From NCBI RefSeq assembly GCF_009914755.1, contig NC_060927.1: DNA of 64,000 nt; one strand, given 5' to 3'. Numbering within the stretch: the first letter of the stretch is position 1; every line of letters begins with the position of its first letter. The translations under genes were made by a program, and so were the position numbers. The DNA comes from the human T2T-CHM13v2.0 reference genome, Homo sapiens. Shown one piece after another: positions 1 through 13,244 of this stretch. The notes beneath the pieces were generated by a model, which was not told the origin of the DNA, searched no databases, and saw only the letters and a list, made by a program, of their open reading frames with translations.

Positions 1-756
1 GCCTAGATGCTAGAAACCAAGAGGCAAAAATTTTTATCAGTGGACAGCATAGCACAGGAATGACAGGACTCTGCTGACCAATATGTTTGTGAGTTTGGAA
101 GGGTATAATCTTACAATGGAGATGACTGAATCTAGTTATCTCAACTTGACATTAGTCAATTAAGAACATCAAACTAACTGCCTTCATTCTGATATTCAGG
201 CTCAATCAGCCTGAATCAGCCTTCGATGATTACAATCTAGCTCTCTACAGAGATTTTTGTAGATGAAAGAAAGAATATACTGGCCAATAAGAAGCTACTT
301 GGCCATTATATACTTTTTTACTGTTAATTAATTAATGGGAACAATATGATTTCCATAGTAGACTTTTAAGTTTGATTAGACTGACTCGTGTTCACTAAAC
401 CTGATCAAATCTTAGTTTACCAAAAAAAAAAAAGACTTCCGAACTGGGAAAATTAACTACAGAAGCAAAAGTAATGATTCATCTCCGATACAAATTGTTA
501 AGACCTTAGAATCAGAAAGGCTTCTGAGACCATGGTATTTGTTATCTATTATTTTCTCATTCTTTATTGTTGAAACACTGCATTAATGCCTTTCATGATT
601 CCTTTCAAATAGAATTGTCCTCAAAAAAGTATTTTTTCAGGCAGAAAAAACAGAAGGTTTATATAGCTCTCTGGAATAAATCCTCATTAGAGCACCGAAG
701 TACAGATACAGCAAAGACAAACAGTTAATATTCATAAGAAGTTCACATTTAATTAC

Positions 757-872
757 CTGTGTGCCCTCATTATAAACATCTGGGAAAGAAGTCTGAGATG
801 CTGTTTCATGTTGTTGCAAGGGCAGTCTATTTAGAAATTGGCTAATTTCTTTGGATTTTTGCTGGAGCTGAT
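757..872 (-). CDS. GOLGB1: GOLGB1 (giantin) coding exon, (D)QLQQKSKEISQFLNRLPLQQHETASQTSFPDVYNEGTQ
   Basis: Acceptor AG at 873-874 after a polypyrimidine tract, donor GTAATT at 756. 116 nt; with the 403-nt upstream exon the total is 519 nt, in frame. Peptide recognised as giantin. Confidence 0.95.
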
Positions 873-1100
873 CTAAGGAAAAGAAAAAAAATAAATGTAA
901 TATTTGCTTCAAGTCTGAAATGTAGTTATTATTATCTTCTAAAGATACACTGTATGCTGTTTACTAGTTTAGTTACCTTAGTTAAAATTATGATGCCAAT
1001 GACAACATTATTATTAGCTAAATGTTAAATGTTCTCAAGAACCAAAGGACACCTCAGTAAATCACTTCCTTCAAAAGTAAAATAAAATAGGCCTAGGCAC

Positions 1101-1400
1101 TTTTTTTTTTTTTTTTTGATACGGAGTCTCCCTCTGTTGCCTAAGCTGGAGTGCAGTGGTGCGATCTCGGCTCACTGTAACCTCTGACTCATGGGTTCAA
1201 GGATTCTCTTGCCTCAGCCTTCCAAGTAGCCAGGATTACAGGCATGCGTCACCATGCCTGGCTAATTTTTTTTTTTTTTTTTTTGTATCTTTAGTAGAGA
1301 TGGAGTTTCACCATGTTGGCCAGGCTGGTCTCGAACTCCTGACCTCAGGTAATCCCCCCCACCTTGACCTCCCCAAAGTGCTGGAATAGCAGGCGTGGGG
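1101..1400 (-). mobile_element. Alu (AluS-like)
   Basis: PolyT followed by reverse-strand Alu body; the Alu 5' end is degraded. Confidence 0.9.
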
Positions 1401-1606
1401 AGGCCTAGCCCTAGGCATTTTTTACAAGTTCATTTTCCCTTTCCCCCTTGAAAATGGCTTTAGGGTTTTTGTTTTCTTCACTCTCGACTTAGGTATTATG
1501 GATCCCACCAAGATTCCACCACATGGTTTTAAACATCAGCATGCTTAAGAGAACAGCTTGCTCATGTAACACCCTGGTCTTGTGTGATGCCCTTCAAAAC
1601 TGTCTG

Positions 1607-1931
<325 letters not shown>

Positions 1932-2631
1932 TTATTCAATACAAATTTTCAACTTAATTGTTTCTAAAATCTTTCCTTTATGTCTATGTCAATATATTAG
2001 TAAAGGTTATAATTTGGGGAAGAGTATTGGTGAGATGGAGTATTGGTGTTGAGGAAGTTTCACTTTTTAATTTATAAAGTTCTAAAATGTTCAATTTTTT
2101 ATAGGCACATATTACTTTTATAATAACACATTTTTTAAAAGTTTCCTTTATACCTTCATAAAGGATAAATTTTCACCTGTAAGACAAGAAATCAGGTGAA
2201 AAGAGATTTTCACCTATAAGAAAAGCACTGAGATCCATCCTTCTTCAGATTTATGGATAACTCCATGCAATTTAGTCTCCTAACCTATGCACCTAGATCT
2301 GGCCTGAGTTTTCCAAAAACTAATTCAAATCCTTCTCGTTTCAGTCATTGAATCCTTCAGATCAGTCATATTTAACATAGCATTCTATTTAATATCTGGA
2401 ACATCACTATCACATTTTTAGTATTGTAATGATAATTATAATATTAAGAAAGATTATAGCCAGTCAGAGGCAAGAAAAATGCATCAAGAAGTTCAGAAGA
2501 GCTGTTTTTCTCAGTCCTTCTATTGGTTCAATTGGTTTGAGTACAGATTTCATTAACAGATCCCTGAAAATATGAAATACAAGCCACTCAGATGGTAGAG
2601 ATGTGGACTTCAAAAGCAATCAGCTACTGAC

Positions 2632-3034
2632 CTTCCAGTTGCTGAATGGTCTGGGCTGACTGAACTGCCTGTTCATTCTTATCTTGGAGAAGCTTTGAAT
2701 TTTGATCCTTTAGAGCATCACAGGCAGACTGCAGCTCTTGTCCAGTCTTTTGAAGACTCAAAATATGAGAGGTCTTCTCTTCCATTTCTGCTTTGTGCTT
2801 CTGCTCCAAAGCACTATACCGAGACTCTAGTTCAGCCTGGGCTTGGCCTGCTTGCTCAAACTGTTCTAAAAGATGATGCATTTCTTCCTGCAGATTATGG
2901 AAGGATAATTTTCTCTCTGCCACTTCAAGTTCCATCTTTTCCAGTAGAATCTTGGACTCCTCTCTTTCTGTTTCCACAGTGTTCCTCAAAGTATTATGCT
3001 CAGCTTCCATCTGCTGTAACTGCTGAGAGAGAAT
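2632..3034 (-). CDS. GOLGB1: GOLGB1 coding exon, ILSQQLQQMEAEHNTLRN...QTIQQLE(D); coiled coil
   Basis: ORF 2624..3010; acceptor AG at 3035-3036, donor GTCAGT at 2631; 403 nt. Confidence 0.96.
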
Positions 3035-3673
3035 CTAAGAAAAAAGACAAAGTCTCATGAGCCATAAATACATTATTTCATTTCAACAAGCATTGTAAAG
3101 TGCTTTTTCTTATAGGATGGAAAAAAATGGGAACATGTTTCTATGCTAGAGAGAAAGCCCTTCTCAAGAAGGAGAGTTGAAAATTAAGAAGAGAGGAGAT
3201 GGCTGACTCCCCAGCAGCACACAGGCACCCAGAAAAACAAACAGAGAATGTGGACTATAGCACCAATTCTGCATTATGATGAGACTACTTGGATGTGACA
3301 GGATAGGAACACAAGGAATCCAAGGGGTAGAAAAAAGGTAGTTCAAACTGTCAAGCATGGGTCCATATAGGACACAGAAAGGAGCAAGGGTAAGGAAGAA
3401 TTAACATACTAGAGAAGCAAAGTGGAATTCAATGGAATTCAATGAGAATGAAGATCAGGACAATATGAGAAAGAAAATGGCAGGATGGATTATAGTCAGA
3501 TCAGCATTACTGATTACCTTCATACTCAAGAGAATATTGCAGAACGAGATCATTTCAATCTAACAGAAGGTCAATTTACAAAAACAAGAAAAGATGGGCT
3601 GTACATAAAGCACAAAAACCATTCAAGACAGAGAAGAGTAACTGATGAAAAAGAAACTCACTAAAGGATAATA

Positions 3674-3999
3674 CAGGTCAAGTATCCCTTATTCTAAATG
3701 CTTGGGACCAGAAGTATTTTAGTTTTCCATTTTTTTCAGATGGTGGAATATCTTGGATATCTTGGGATAGGACGCAAGTCTAAACATGAAATTCATTTGT
3801 TTCATATACATCGTATACACATAGCCTAAAGATAATTTTATACAGTATTTTAAATGATTTTGTGCATATTTGCCTTTGATCTGTTACCCTGTTCCACAAG
3901 GTCAGTTGTGGCATTTTCCACTTGTGGTGTCATGTTGGTGCTCAGAAAATTTCAGATTTTGCAGCATTTTGGATTTTCAGATTAGGCATACTCAATCTG
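3674..3999. mobile_element. MER2-like Tigger-family DNA transposon (MITE)
   Basis: Imperfect terminal inverted repeats caggtcaagtatccct / aggcatactcaatctg, flanked by TA. Confidence 0.75.
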
Positions 4000-4282
4000 T
4001 ATGACATTCTAGATAAACTAGGACCCTAGATCTAAAATGGCAAAGGGAAAGAGCAACAATAAAGAAGTGCAATGTATGCTCCATGAGGGAAAGAACTGTA
4101 TTTAGTTTTGCTCATAATTGTACTGCATCCCCACCACTTAAGTACGAGGTATTTGTTGAAAGAATGAATAAATGGCATCAATTCTCTGAAGACTTTAAAT
4201 AGGCTTTTATATCTACTGCCTGGCAAACGAAAGTGGAAATGAATACCCTCCAAGGCAGGAAGTAAAGATTAAAAGGCAGTAC

Positions 4283-4396
4283 CTGGTTTCTCTGCTCAGC
4301 AGCAGTCAGCTCCTGTTGCAGCAAGTCAACGACCTGAGCACGGCCCACCAAGGATTCTTCGTGTTCCTCAAGCTTCCTTTGCAGCACCCTCAATTT
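4283..4396 (-). CDS. GOLGB1: GOLGB1 coding exon, KLRVLQRKLEEHEESLVGRAQVVDLLQQELTAAEQRNQ
   Basis: AG at 4397-4398, GT at 4281-4282; 114 nt, phase 0-0. Confidence 0.96.
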
Positions 4397-5540
4397 CTGA
4401 GAAGAAAACATTTTAGACATAATATGCTAACAAATGAGTGCTTGTATTTGCTTATCTTTCAAAATGTCATGTAGATTTGTATACTTAAATTTTGGGGTGT
4501 TGAAAATGACAGTTTAAAGAGTGGGAGACCAGCATGCCATGCTCCCCCCATCCAGCAGCAACGAAGAGTCTCCAAAATGTCTTCTCCAGAGCACCAACAA
4601 CAACCAGACCCAGACACAAGCAAGTCCCTGAATTAGGGAGTCTCTTTAAAAATTAGAAAAAACAATAACACATATCTGCCTTCAAAATCATACAGTTAAT
4701 AACCTGTACCTAGATAGCATAGGTACATGTACATCTTACCCACCCAAGAGAACATTCTCTGCAGGCAAGAATCATTTCTCTTCTCCTAGTTTCATGCACT
4801 GGGCAGGCACTTGAAAAAAAATTGTTGAATAAATAAAGCAATGATACACATATACAATTAGTATTCTACTTAATAATATGTTGTATTCTAAAACTTTATT
4901 TAGTGGTGCATTCTGAAAGATTGCTTAGAACTTAAAAGTTTCCGTTCTAATTAATTCTAATTAATTTTCAATCTAATTAAACAGATCAAACATAAAGTAT
5001 CACTGAAGTGCCTTTCAGTACCACAATGCACTACACACTAAGTGAAATAAAATACTTTGAGTTAGTAGATGGTGAACTCAAATACAATGAAGCCAATTTT
5101 CAAAATCTACTCAAATTTTTTTAAAAAAGAATTACTGATCTAATAAAAGACTTCATGTCTTCAAAATCATTCTTTGTCTTCTCTAATTTTTTAAATATTT
5201 AAAACTGACTTCATTGATTTGAAGCTTTGGGTTAGGTGTGTAATGCACAAAGGTAGCTATAATCAGAAAACTGAAGAGAAACCAATTTTTGACTACCACA
5301 TAAATTCACCAACTAAACTCAGCTTTTGAGCACCAACAACCTGATTAGAGGGGTAAAAGGCAAGAAAAGGATAAGAAAAAATAAATAATTTTTATGCAAC
5401 AGAAGACAAGGACACAAAAGAGGCCAATAAGGAAAACACTAACACCAAGTGAAGAGCAGTGGGTAAGGGTAGGAAATTGGCTGTGATGGATTAAATATTA
5501 ACCAAAATGACAGTCATTCTACCGAGTTTTAGCAACACAC

Positions 5541-5663
5541 CTGTTGCATCTCTGTTTCCACATCTGCCTGGGTTACTAACTGAAGAAGCTCATCTTCATG
5601 AAGACGAACTTGTGTTTCAAAGCGGGCATCTTTCTCTCGGACCACCTGCTGCATGGAACTCAA
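5541..5663 (-). CDS. GOLGB1: GOLGB1 coding exon, (LSSMQ)QVVREKDARFETQVRLHEDELLQLVTQADVETEMQQ; alternative acceptor at 5648
   Basis: Donor GTGTGT at 5540; in-frame CAG acceptors give exon starts at 5663 and 5648. Confidence 0.93.
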
Positions 5664-7256
5664 CTGAAGACACATACCAGAGAAACTATGCAAGTTACAC
5701 TCCCCGAATATTGCACAAATAAAACTCACAGACTACTTTCCAAGACAGACACTGAGACTTGATAGTAGCTTTTTAAAGTGAAATTTTGATTGTCAAGGAT
5801 GAGGATGTTGGAAGAGAGATAGGCTGGACAGTAACTATGAAATGCGAGAGAAAGCCTATTTTCAAATTCAGAAGTTAGCCTAAACATAAATTTTGATCAA
5901 AAATTATATGTTCATGGTTACTAGAAATGTTTTAAATATACAAGAAGTGTATTTTTTAAAGTTCTAAAAAGATTAAGATATTAAACACATAAGGTGAAGT
6001 TAAGTTAGATTTCTATTAAACCCTGGACACTTCTTGCTCATGGCTGAAAAGCTTTCAGTAAAATTCTCATGCCCTATAAATGAAAATTCAAACTAACATA
6101 TCATTTATTCAAGATTCTCTACAACTGGAAATACCAATCTATCTTTCTAGTCTTATTTTCAAAGAATTGCTTCTACCAAAGAACCTCATGTGCTTCTAAA
6201 TCCACACCACCTCCCCAGACAGCTGTTTTCAGCTGTCATTACTTGCAGCCTTCTAGATCATGCTCATTTTTAACTGGCTCTGAACAGAATGAAATGGAAA
6301 TAAATGGACTGATGGTGAGCTGCTCAGTATCAGTGCTTCTGTCTTGTTTTTAGGTTGTGAGTGTGTGCATCTGCTTATTCATCTCCTTAAGATCTATGGT
6401 GGAGCATGCTGCTTAGCTGTTAGCTTGCCTATTTTGCATTGGTCCTTTACTGCTGATATCTCAGTTTGTGACACCTTGAATCAAACTTTGGCTTTCTTTT
6501 TTGGTAGGAGAAAAACAAATCCTCAGAATGTTTTTATTATCTGAATTGTGACCTCACTAGGAATTTGGACTCTTGTGTTTCAAGTGTGTAGGCACTGGAG
6601 TCTTTCATTAGCCAAACATCTCTAACTCCTTTCCCATAACTGTTCCATATTCTTTTCCTTCTCTGCAGTTTTGCTCACACCGTTCCCCATCACTGAAATA
6701 TCTCCCCCAGCTTGTCTGGAATATTATCTATATATCATGGTTTTGCCTAAATCCCAACTTTTCCGTGTAATTTTCCTTAACTGTCAAACTCACAGTAACC
6801 TCTTTCGCCTTCCAAAATATTTTGTTTGTATTGCTGCTTGCTTTGGCACTTATTCGGAAAGCCTTAAATTACGATGAATCTCTTAACACATGTATGTATC
6901 TTGGCTTTCCATATTTTAGCAACACATAGGTTAAAAACCATATTTTGTATTTCTTCATCCTGCACTGTATATAGTGCTTATACATAAAAAGGACACAATA
7001 AAAAATAAATAAAAAATTTAAAAAGGACACAATAAAAGCTAATAGGTAAAACCAAGAATTTCAGGATATACAATTTTAACTGTATACATAGCAGTAGGCC
7101 AACCACAGAGAGAAGGCACTACTAATACTACAAATTATTAATAAAGTAAACACCTAATGGATAATTAGCTATGTACAAAGGTACTTCAGGGAAAAAAATC
7201 TTTCATGATTCATAAGCATTCCCCCACCGCTGCCCCCACCCCCCCAAAAAAATTAC

Positions 7257-7540
7257 AGTGCCTGTAATCCCAGCACTTTGGGAGGCCGAGGTGTGAGGAT
7301 CACTTGAACTCAGGAGTGCAAGGCCTGCCTGGGCAACATATTGAGAACCTGTCTCTTCAAAAAATGTAAAAAATTTAGCCAGATGCGGTGGCACATGCCT
7401 GTAGTCCCAGCTACTTGGGAAGCTGAGGTGAGTGAGAGGATGGCTTGAGCCCAGGAGACTGAGGCTGCAGTGAGCTATGATTGTACCACTTGTACTCCAG
7501 CTTGGGCAACAGAGTGAGACCCAATTTCAAAAATAAATAT
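7257..7540 (+). mobile_element. AluJ-like (5'-truncated)
   Basis: Diverged Alu body with gagcccaggag, A-rich tail. Confidence 0.85.
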
Positions 7541-8156
7541 GTGGGAGTGCGTGGCCAACCAAGAAACCTAGAAAAATAGAAAAAGTTGAGGATGCCAATC
7601 CAAATGGTCTGGTCTTGACAGATGAAAAAAATGGGAAGAAGAATGTCACATACTGGTGCCATTTAACATAAAATCACATGACCTACACCACTTTCTCATT
7701 ACAGGCTCACTAAGTAATCTAACTATAATTTATTTCCTATTAAGATAGATATTATTTTGGGAAAGAATGAACCTAATTATTTTTATTTCTTTTGGTTTAC
7801 TTATTGGTCTCTTTTGAACTCAGCATGAGTCCATTCCCAAAAGACTGAATCTCTGTCTGCTATTAAAATTAAGTTTCTGGACATGCAGAACTAAGAAACA
7901 GTCATCAATTAGGCTATAGAAAATTCATCAAGGTAAATAACACATTGTGAGGTTTTCTGGTGTTCCCTAATGACACACTTACCTACCACACATCTCCTAA
8001 TCTCTTCTACTACATATCCTTCTAATTTCTAGTGCAACACCCATGCTACTATACTTTTATCTACTAGGATTTTTTAAAGTGACTCACTGAATTGACTTGT
8101 GCGTAATAACCCACTGGACTTCATAGCTCTTTATCCTAATTTTGTGAGGTCCCTAC

Positions 8157-8273
8157 CTGTGCAGCTTGCTCTGCCTGTGTCTGGCTGAGCTGGGCTTGTA
8201 AAGTGCTAATGAATTCTTCCTTCTCCTGGAGCTGTTGCTTCATCATTACAAATTCTTCCATCTCTGTAGAACT
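8157..8273 (-). CDS. GOLGB1: GOLGB1 coding exon, SSTEMEEFVMMKQQLQEKEEFISTLQAQLSQTQAEQAAQ
   Basis: Not in the ORF track; translated by hand. AAG acceptor (AG at 8274-8275), donor GTAGGG at 8156; 117 nt. Confidence 0.93.
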
Positions 8274-9829
8274 CTTATCAAACCGAAGACATAGAAGGAA
8301 AAAAAATTATTTAAGCAAAAGAATGAGCATTATTAATTCTTTGACCTCCCTTTCTTGCTTAACCTAAATGCCTACCATATTTCCTTCTAGTTTCCATTGA
8401 ACCCAAAAGGAAATTGCATGCATTATCAAAATTTTATTTGTCAGAAGAAGACAGAAGCAGTAGTGGCAATTTTTCAATTTCTCTGACTCCTCACATAGAG
8501 ACAGCACAAGATAGTAAAACCAAAAAAACCACAGATAACATTTACAGTTAAATTAGGCAGACCGTCCTAAAAACCCTAAAATATAAGCTAATAAGGACAA
8601 ACCACCAAAACCCACAAGAACTACATTGTATTAGAGTCTTACATTGTGTAAGAAAAAGAAGGCAGCAAAAGAGTGAAATCTGATGGGTCTGAGAAAGGGA
8701 CAGCCCTAAACAGCCAATGTATTTATTTGCTGGAATGAACAGCTGGCCAATTTTAGAATAGTGGCAGGGCTTTGCCATTCTTTAATACTAGGTAAATGCA
8801 AGGGGTGCACAGTAAGGTAAGAAGGACTAAAAGGGCTAGAGCAATCTAGGCCCCCTGAACTCTCACAACTGACTCATCATGGCTCCCTTCTGAGACATGA
8901 ACCTGTACTAAGAAGAAACTGCGAGGAGTGAAATAAAAATTATGCAGAAAAGGAATTAAAGAGACAGAAGAAAGAGGTCTACAAACGTATTGTATAATTC
9001 AGTATCAACTAGCCACATGTGGATATAGAGGGCTTAAAATGGGTCTGATAGAAAAGAAATATTTTTAATTTTTAACATTATTTAATTTTAATTTGAAAAC
9101 TGAAATATAGATTATTTTTCCATTAAGTACAACTTTGTTTTGGCATGACTATATTTCATCTTATCTGTTGCATCATGTAAGTTACTGTTGAGGTGCTGCA
9201 CAAGCAACAAGTGTATATGCAGTTGGTATCAATGGGTTGATTCAGTTTAACATTTTTCTAGACCCCTATATAACACTGTAATATGTTTATTTGTATACTT
9301 AATGCAGACAGCATTAGTAACAGTTGATACCAATTTAATCATAACTAATAATTAAATTGCAATATAAACATTTATTATAATTGAATTATTTTCCAAGTTC
9401 AAAAATAAATATAGACACATTTCAAAATTTAAAATGAAGGCCTTCTATTGTTGTATAGTTGGTTCCTTTTCACTTCTAAGTAGTATTCCAGTGTGTGGAT
9501 ATACCACAGTTTAAATATTTCCCTATTGATGGGCATGTGAGTTGTTTCCAGTCTTTAATTATTACAAATAAACCTATTACTATTGGACAGTGCTGGCATA
9601 AACCAAGTGAAGGGCAGAAGGAAGAAAGCCAGGAAATCTCAGAAATCCGGCTCCCATATCTTTGAACACAACACAAAAACAATAGAAAAAGGAAGTCTGT
9701 TAAGAAAAGCTTTCCTGAATCAAGCCTCCTTCCAAATAGAGGTTTAGGAGAATAAATTTGACACAAAAATAAGGAACAGAAAAGGATGAAGGTCATATCC
9801 CATTTAAGTTACTATTAAAAAAACAGAGT

Positions 9830-11900
9830 AGCCCCCACTAGCAAGAGGACCCTCACCAGATGCAGCCTCTCACCCTTGGTCTTCTCAGCCTCCATAACTT
9901 CTTATAAATTACCCAGTTTCAGGTATTCTGTTACACGCAAGAGAAAACGGACTAAAAAGGAAAATTGGTATTGACAAGTGGGGTCATCGTTGATAATGAT
10001 TATTTGAAAATGTGGAAGCAGTTTTGGAACTGGGTAATGGGCAGAGGCTGGAAAAATTCTGAGGAACTAGCTCAAAAAAAAAATGCCTAGATTCTGATGA
10101 GGGCTTAGAAGATAAGACAACTACAGAAAGCTTAGCACTCCTTGGAGATTGGTTAAGCGGTTGTGACCACAATGCTGATAGAAACATAAATAGTAAAGCC
10201 CATTCTGGTGAGGCTTCAGACAGAAATGAGGAACAAAGTATCAGAAACTAGAGTAAAGCCCAGCCTTGCTATAAATTAGCAATGAACTTGGCTGAACTTG
10301 TCCAGTTTTTGTATGGCCAAGAACTTTGTAGAAGGCTGAGCTTGAGAGTGATGAACTAGGGTATATGGCAGGAGAAAATTTTAAGCAGCAAACTGCTTGA
10401 GCTGCTATGTGGTTACTTCTATCTGCTTACAGTGAACAGAGAAAAAGAAAACAGAGCAAAAAAAAAAAAAAATTGGAAAATTTGCAACCTGGCCATGTGG
10501 TAAAGAATGGAGAAGATTTCAGGATGGGAATCCAAGAAGGCACAGCCACCACTTGCTAAAGAAATTAACACGGCTAAAAGGGAGCCAGTTTCTAACAGTT
10601 AAGACAATGGGAAAAAGCCCTAAAGGCATTTCAGAATGCATTTTAGAAATCTTTAAGGCTGCCCCAACAGCCCCCATCACAGGCCCAAAGCCCTAAGAGG
10701 ACAGAATGGTTTCTGTGAATAGGCCCTGAGATACCACTGCTCTGTGCCACTTCAGGATACTGCTCCTTGCAGCCCAGCTGTTCTGGTTAGTGCAAAGCAG
10801 CCCCAGGTATGGCTCATGTCACAGCTCAAAAGGTACGAGTTGTAAAACTTGGTAACATCCACATGGTGCTAATTCTGCAGGCTCACAGAAAGCAAGAGCT
10901 GTGGAGGCTTGGTAGTCTCCACTTACATGTCGAAGGATGTCATCAATAGCCAGGGGGCTCAGGCAGAGGCTTGTCTTGAGGCAGAACCACCACAGAGAGC
11001 CCCACTAGAGCAATGCCAAGGGGAAATGAGGGGTTGGAATTGCCCTGCAGAGTCCCCACTAGAGTAATGCCTAGTGGAATCACGGTGTGGGACTACCACT
11101 GCCATACCAGAACTATAGAGCTACCAGTGTGCAATGCAAAGTCAGCCTGGGAATGCTGGCTGGACTAAGCCCAGCAAAGCCATAGGGACAGAACTGCCTG
11201 AGGTCTTGGGGACCCAACCCCTGTACCGGCAGAGGATGCTGAAAATGGAGTAAAAGAAGATTATTCTGGAATTTTAAGGCCCAATGTCTACTCTCTTGGT
11301 TTTCAAACTTGCTTGGGGTCTGTTACTCTCTTTCTTCTTGCCTAGTTCTCCCTTTTAGAATGAGAATGTGAACCCTATGCTTGTCCTACCATTGTATCTT
11401 GGAGGAAGATAATGTGTTTTTATTTCACAGGCTCACAGAAATTGGTGCAGGAATGAGCTAAGACTTTGGGGCTGTGGGGATGCAATTAATGTATTTGTAT
11501 GTGAGAAGAATATGAGTTTTGGAGAGCCAAGGGTGGAAGGCTATGATGTGAATGTCCCCTCCAAAACTCACGTTGAAACTGAATCCCCAGTGTGACAAGA
11601 GGCCTTTAAGAAAGGACTGGTTCAGGAGGTCTCTGAACTCAGCAATGGATTAACACATTCACAGATTAATGGATTAATGGGTTGTCATAGAAGGGGAACT
11701 GGTAGCTTTATAAGAAGAAGAGAGACCTGAGCTGGCAAATTAGCACACTCAGCCCCCTCACTATGTGATGACTTGCGCTGCCTTGCGACACCACTGAGAG
11801 CCCTATCAGCAAGAAGACCCTCACCAGATGCAGTCCCTCAACTTTAGACTTCTCAGCCTCCATAAATGTAAGAAATAAATTTATTTAAATTAAATTAAAT
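9830..11900 (+). mobile_element. MaLR (MST-like) element: partial 5' LTR, internal region, 3' LTR
   Basis: LTR segment ccctcaccagatgcag...ttctcagcctccata occurs at ~9850 and ~11820; MaLR-int-like start gaaaattggta at 9960; second LTR begins ~11540. Confidence 0.8.
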
Positions 11901-12046
11901 TTCTGTTATTATAAATTAAAAACAAAACTAAGGAGCAGAATGATATGATTATAGGTGATAAAAGCATACCAGAGCCACACTAAAAAAAAAAAAATCAAAA
12001 TTGCAATCTATTTCAAAAAGTTTTTAAAAATTAAGAAAATTATACA

Positions 12047-12332
12047 GGCCAGGCATGGTGGCTCACACCTGTAATACCAGCACTTTGGGAGGCCCAGGCA
12101 GGTGGATCACTTGAGGTCAGGAGTTCCAGACCAGCCTAGCTAACATGGTGAAACCCCATTTCTACTAAAAATACAAAAAATTAGCCAGGCATGGTGGTGC
12201 ATGCCTGTAATCCCAGCTACTCAGGAGGCTGAGGCAGGAGAATTGCTTGAACCTGGCAAGCAGAGGTTACAGAGAGCTGAGACTGTACTGCTCCACTCCA
12301 GCCTGGCCAACAGAGTGACACCCTGTCTCAAA

Positions 12333-12364
<32 letters not shown>

Positions 12365-12370
12365 AAAAAT
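12047..12370 (+). mobile_element. AluS-like
   Basis: Full Alu with aaaattataca repeated on both flanks. Confidence 0.92.
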
Positions 12371-12807
12371 TATACAGAGATGAGAGAAAAACATAAATCA
12401 GATTTAGAAAAATCAGAAATGAGGTGACTGAACTCATGAAAAATCCAATAGAAAAGAAAAAATCATTGCAGTATAGAAGATAAAAAAACAGAAAAAACAC
12501 AAAAACAAACAAAAAATAGAAGGCCTAAAGTGAAATAAAACAACAAACAAAAAAACAAACTTAAAATATGTGAAACCATATATTGAAAGAGTATACTGGG
12601 TATCTATGAATAACAACTAAAAATGACAAACACCAATGCATATTCTAATAAAATTACCAGACAAGAAGAAATGAAGAAAAGAAGGAGACTGATATATACA
12701 TAGATAAATGCCCATTGTGCATCTAGAAAAATGTATTTGTCACATAATAATCCATTGGTTTTAGTGATTCATTAACCTAATGATTATGAAGTAACTTCCA
12801 CCCCTAC

Positions 12808-12936
12808 CTGTGCAGGTTGTTCTGCCTGTGCCTGAGTAAGCTGGGCTTGCAAAGTGCTGATTAGTTCCTCCTTCTCCTGGAGCTTATGTTTTATCTTTTC
12901 TATTTCCATCTCTTCCTCTGTAGAACTCTTGTCATG
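12808..12936 (-). CDS. GOLGB1: GOLGB1 coding exon, HDKSSTEEEMEIEKIKHKLQEKEELISTLQAQLTQAQAEQPAQ
   Basis: Translated by hand; AG at 12937-12938, donor GTAGGG at 12807; 129 nt. Confidence 0.94.
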
Positions 12937-13175
12937 CTGAAAATGCAGGAGATAAAGTCATTATTTAAAAGAATTACAATTAATATATATTTGATATTTT
13001 CTTCTAATTTTTCATTTACAACCATTTAGTTATAATTTTATTAAACTGATGGGAGCAAGAAAAACCAGCTGATCTAACAAATAAGAAATCTTAGGGTTGT
13101 CCAGTTTTTGTATGGCCAAGCAGTTCCTGTTAGACCTACCCTCCCTCACATAATAGCTATAAACTGTGAAATACA

Positions 13176-13176
13176 T

Positions 13177-13241
<65 letters not shown>

Positions 13242-13244
13242 TTT
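13176..13244. repeat. Compound microsatellite (AC)n(AT)n(T)n
   Basis: Seen directly. Confidence 0.95.

Noticed and set aside
2695-3060. 121-aa plus-strand ORF
   Set aside because: Antisense shadow of a GOLGB1 exon.
6986-7037. Duplicated taaaaaggacacaataaaa
   Set aside because: Ordinary short tandem duplication in AT-rich intron.
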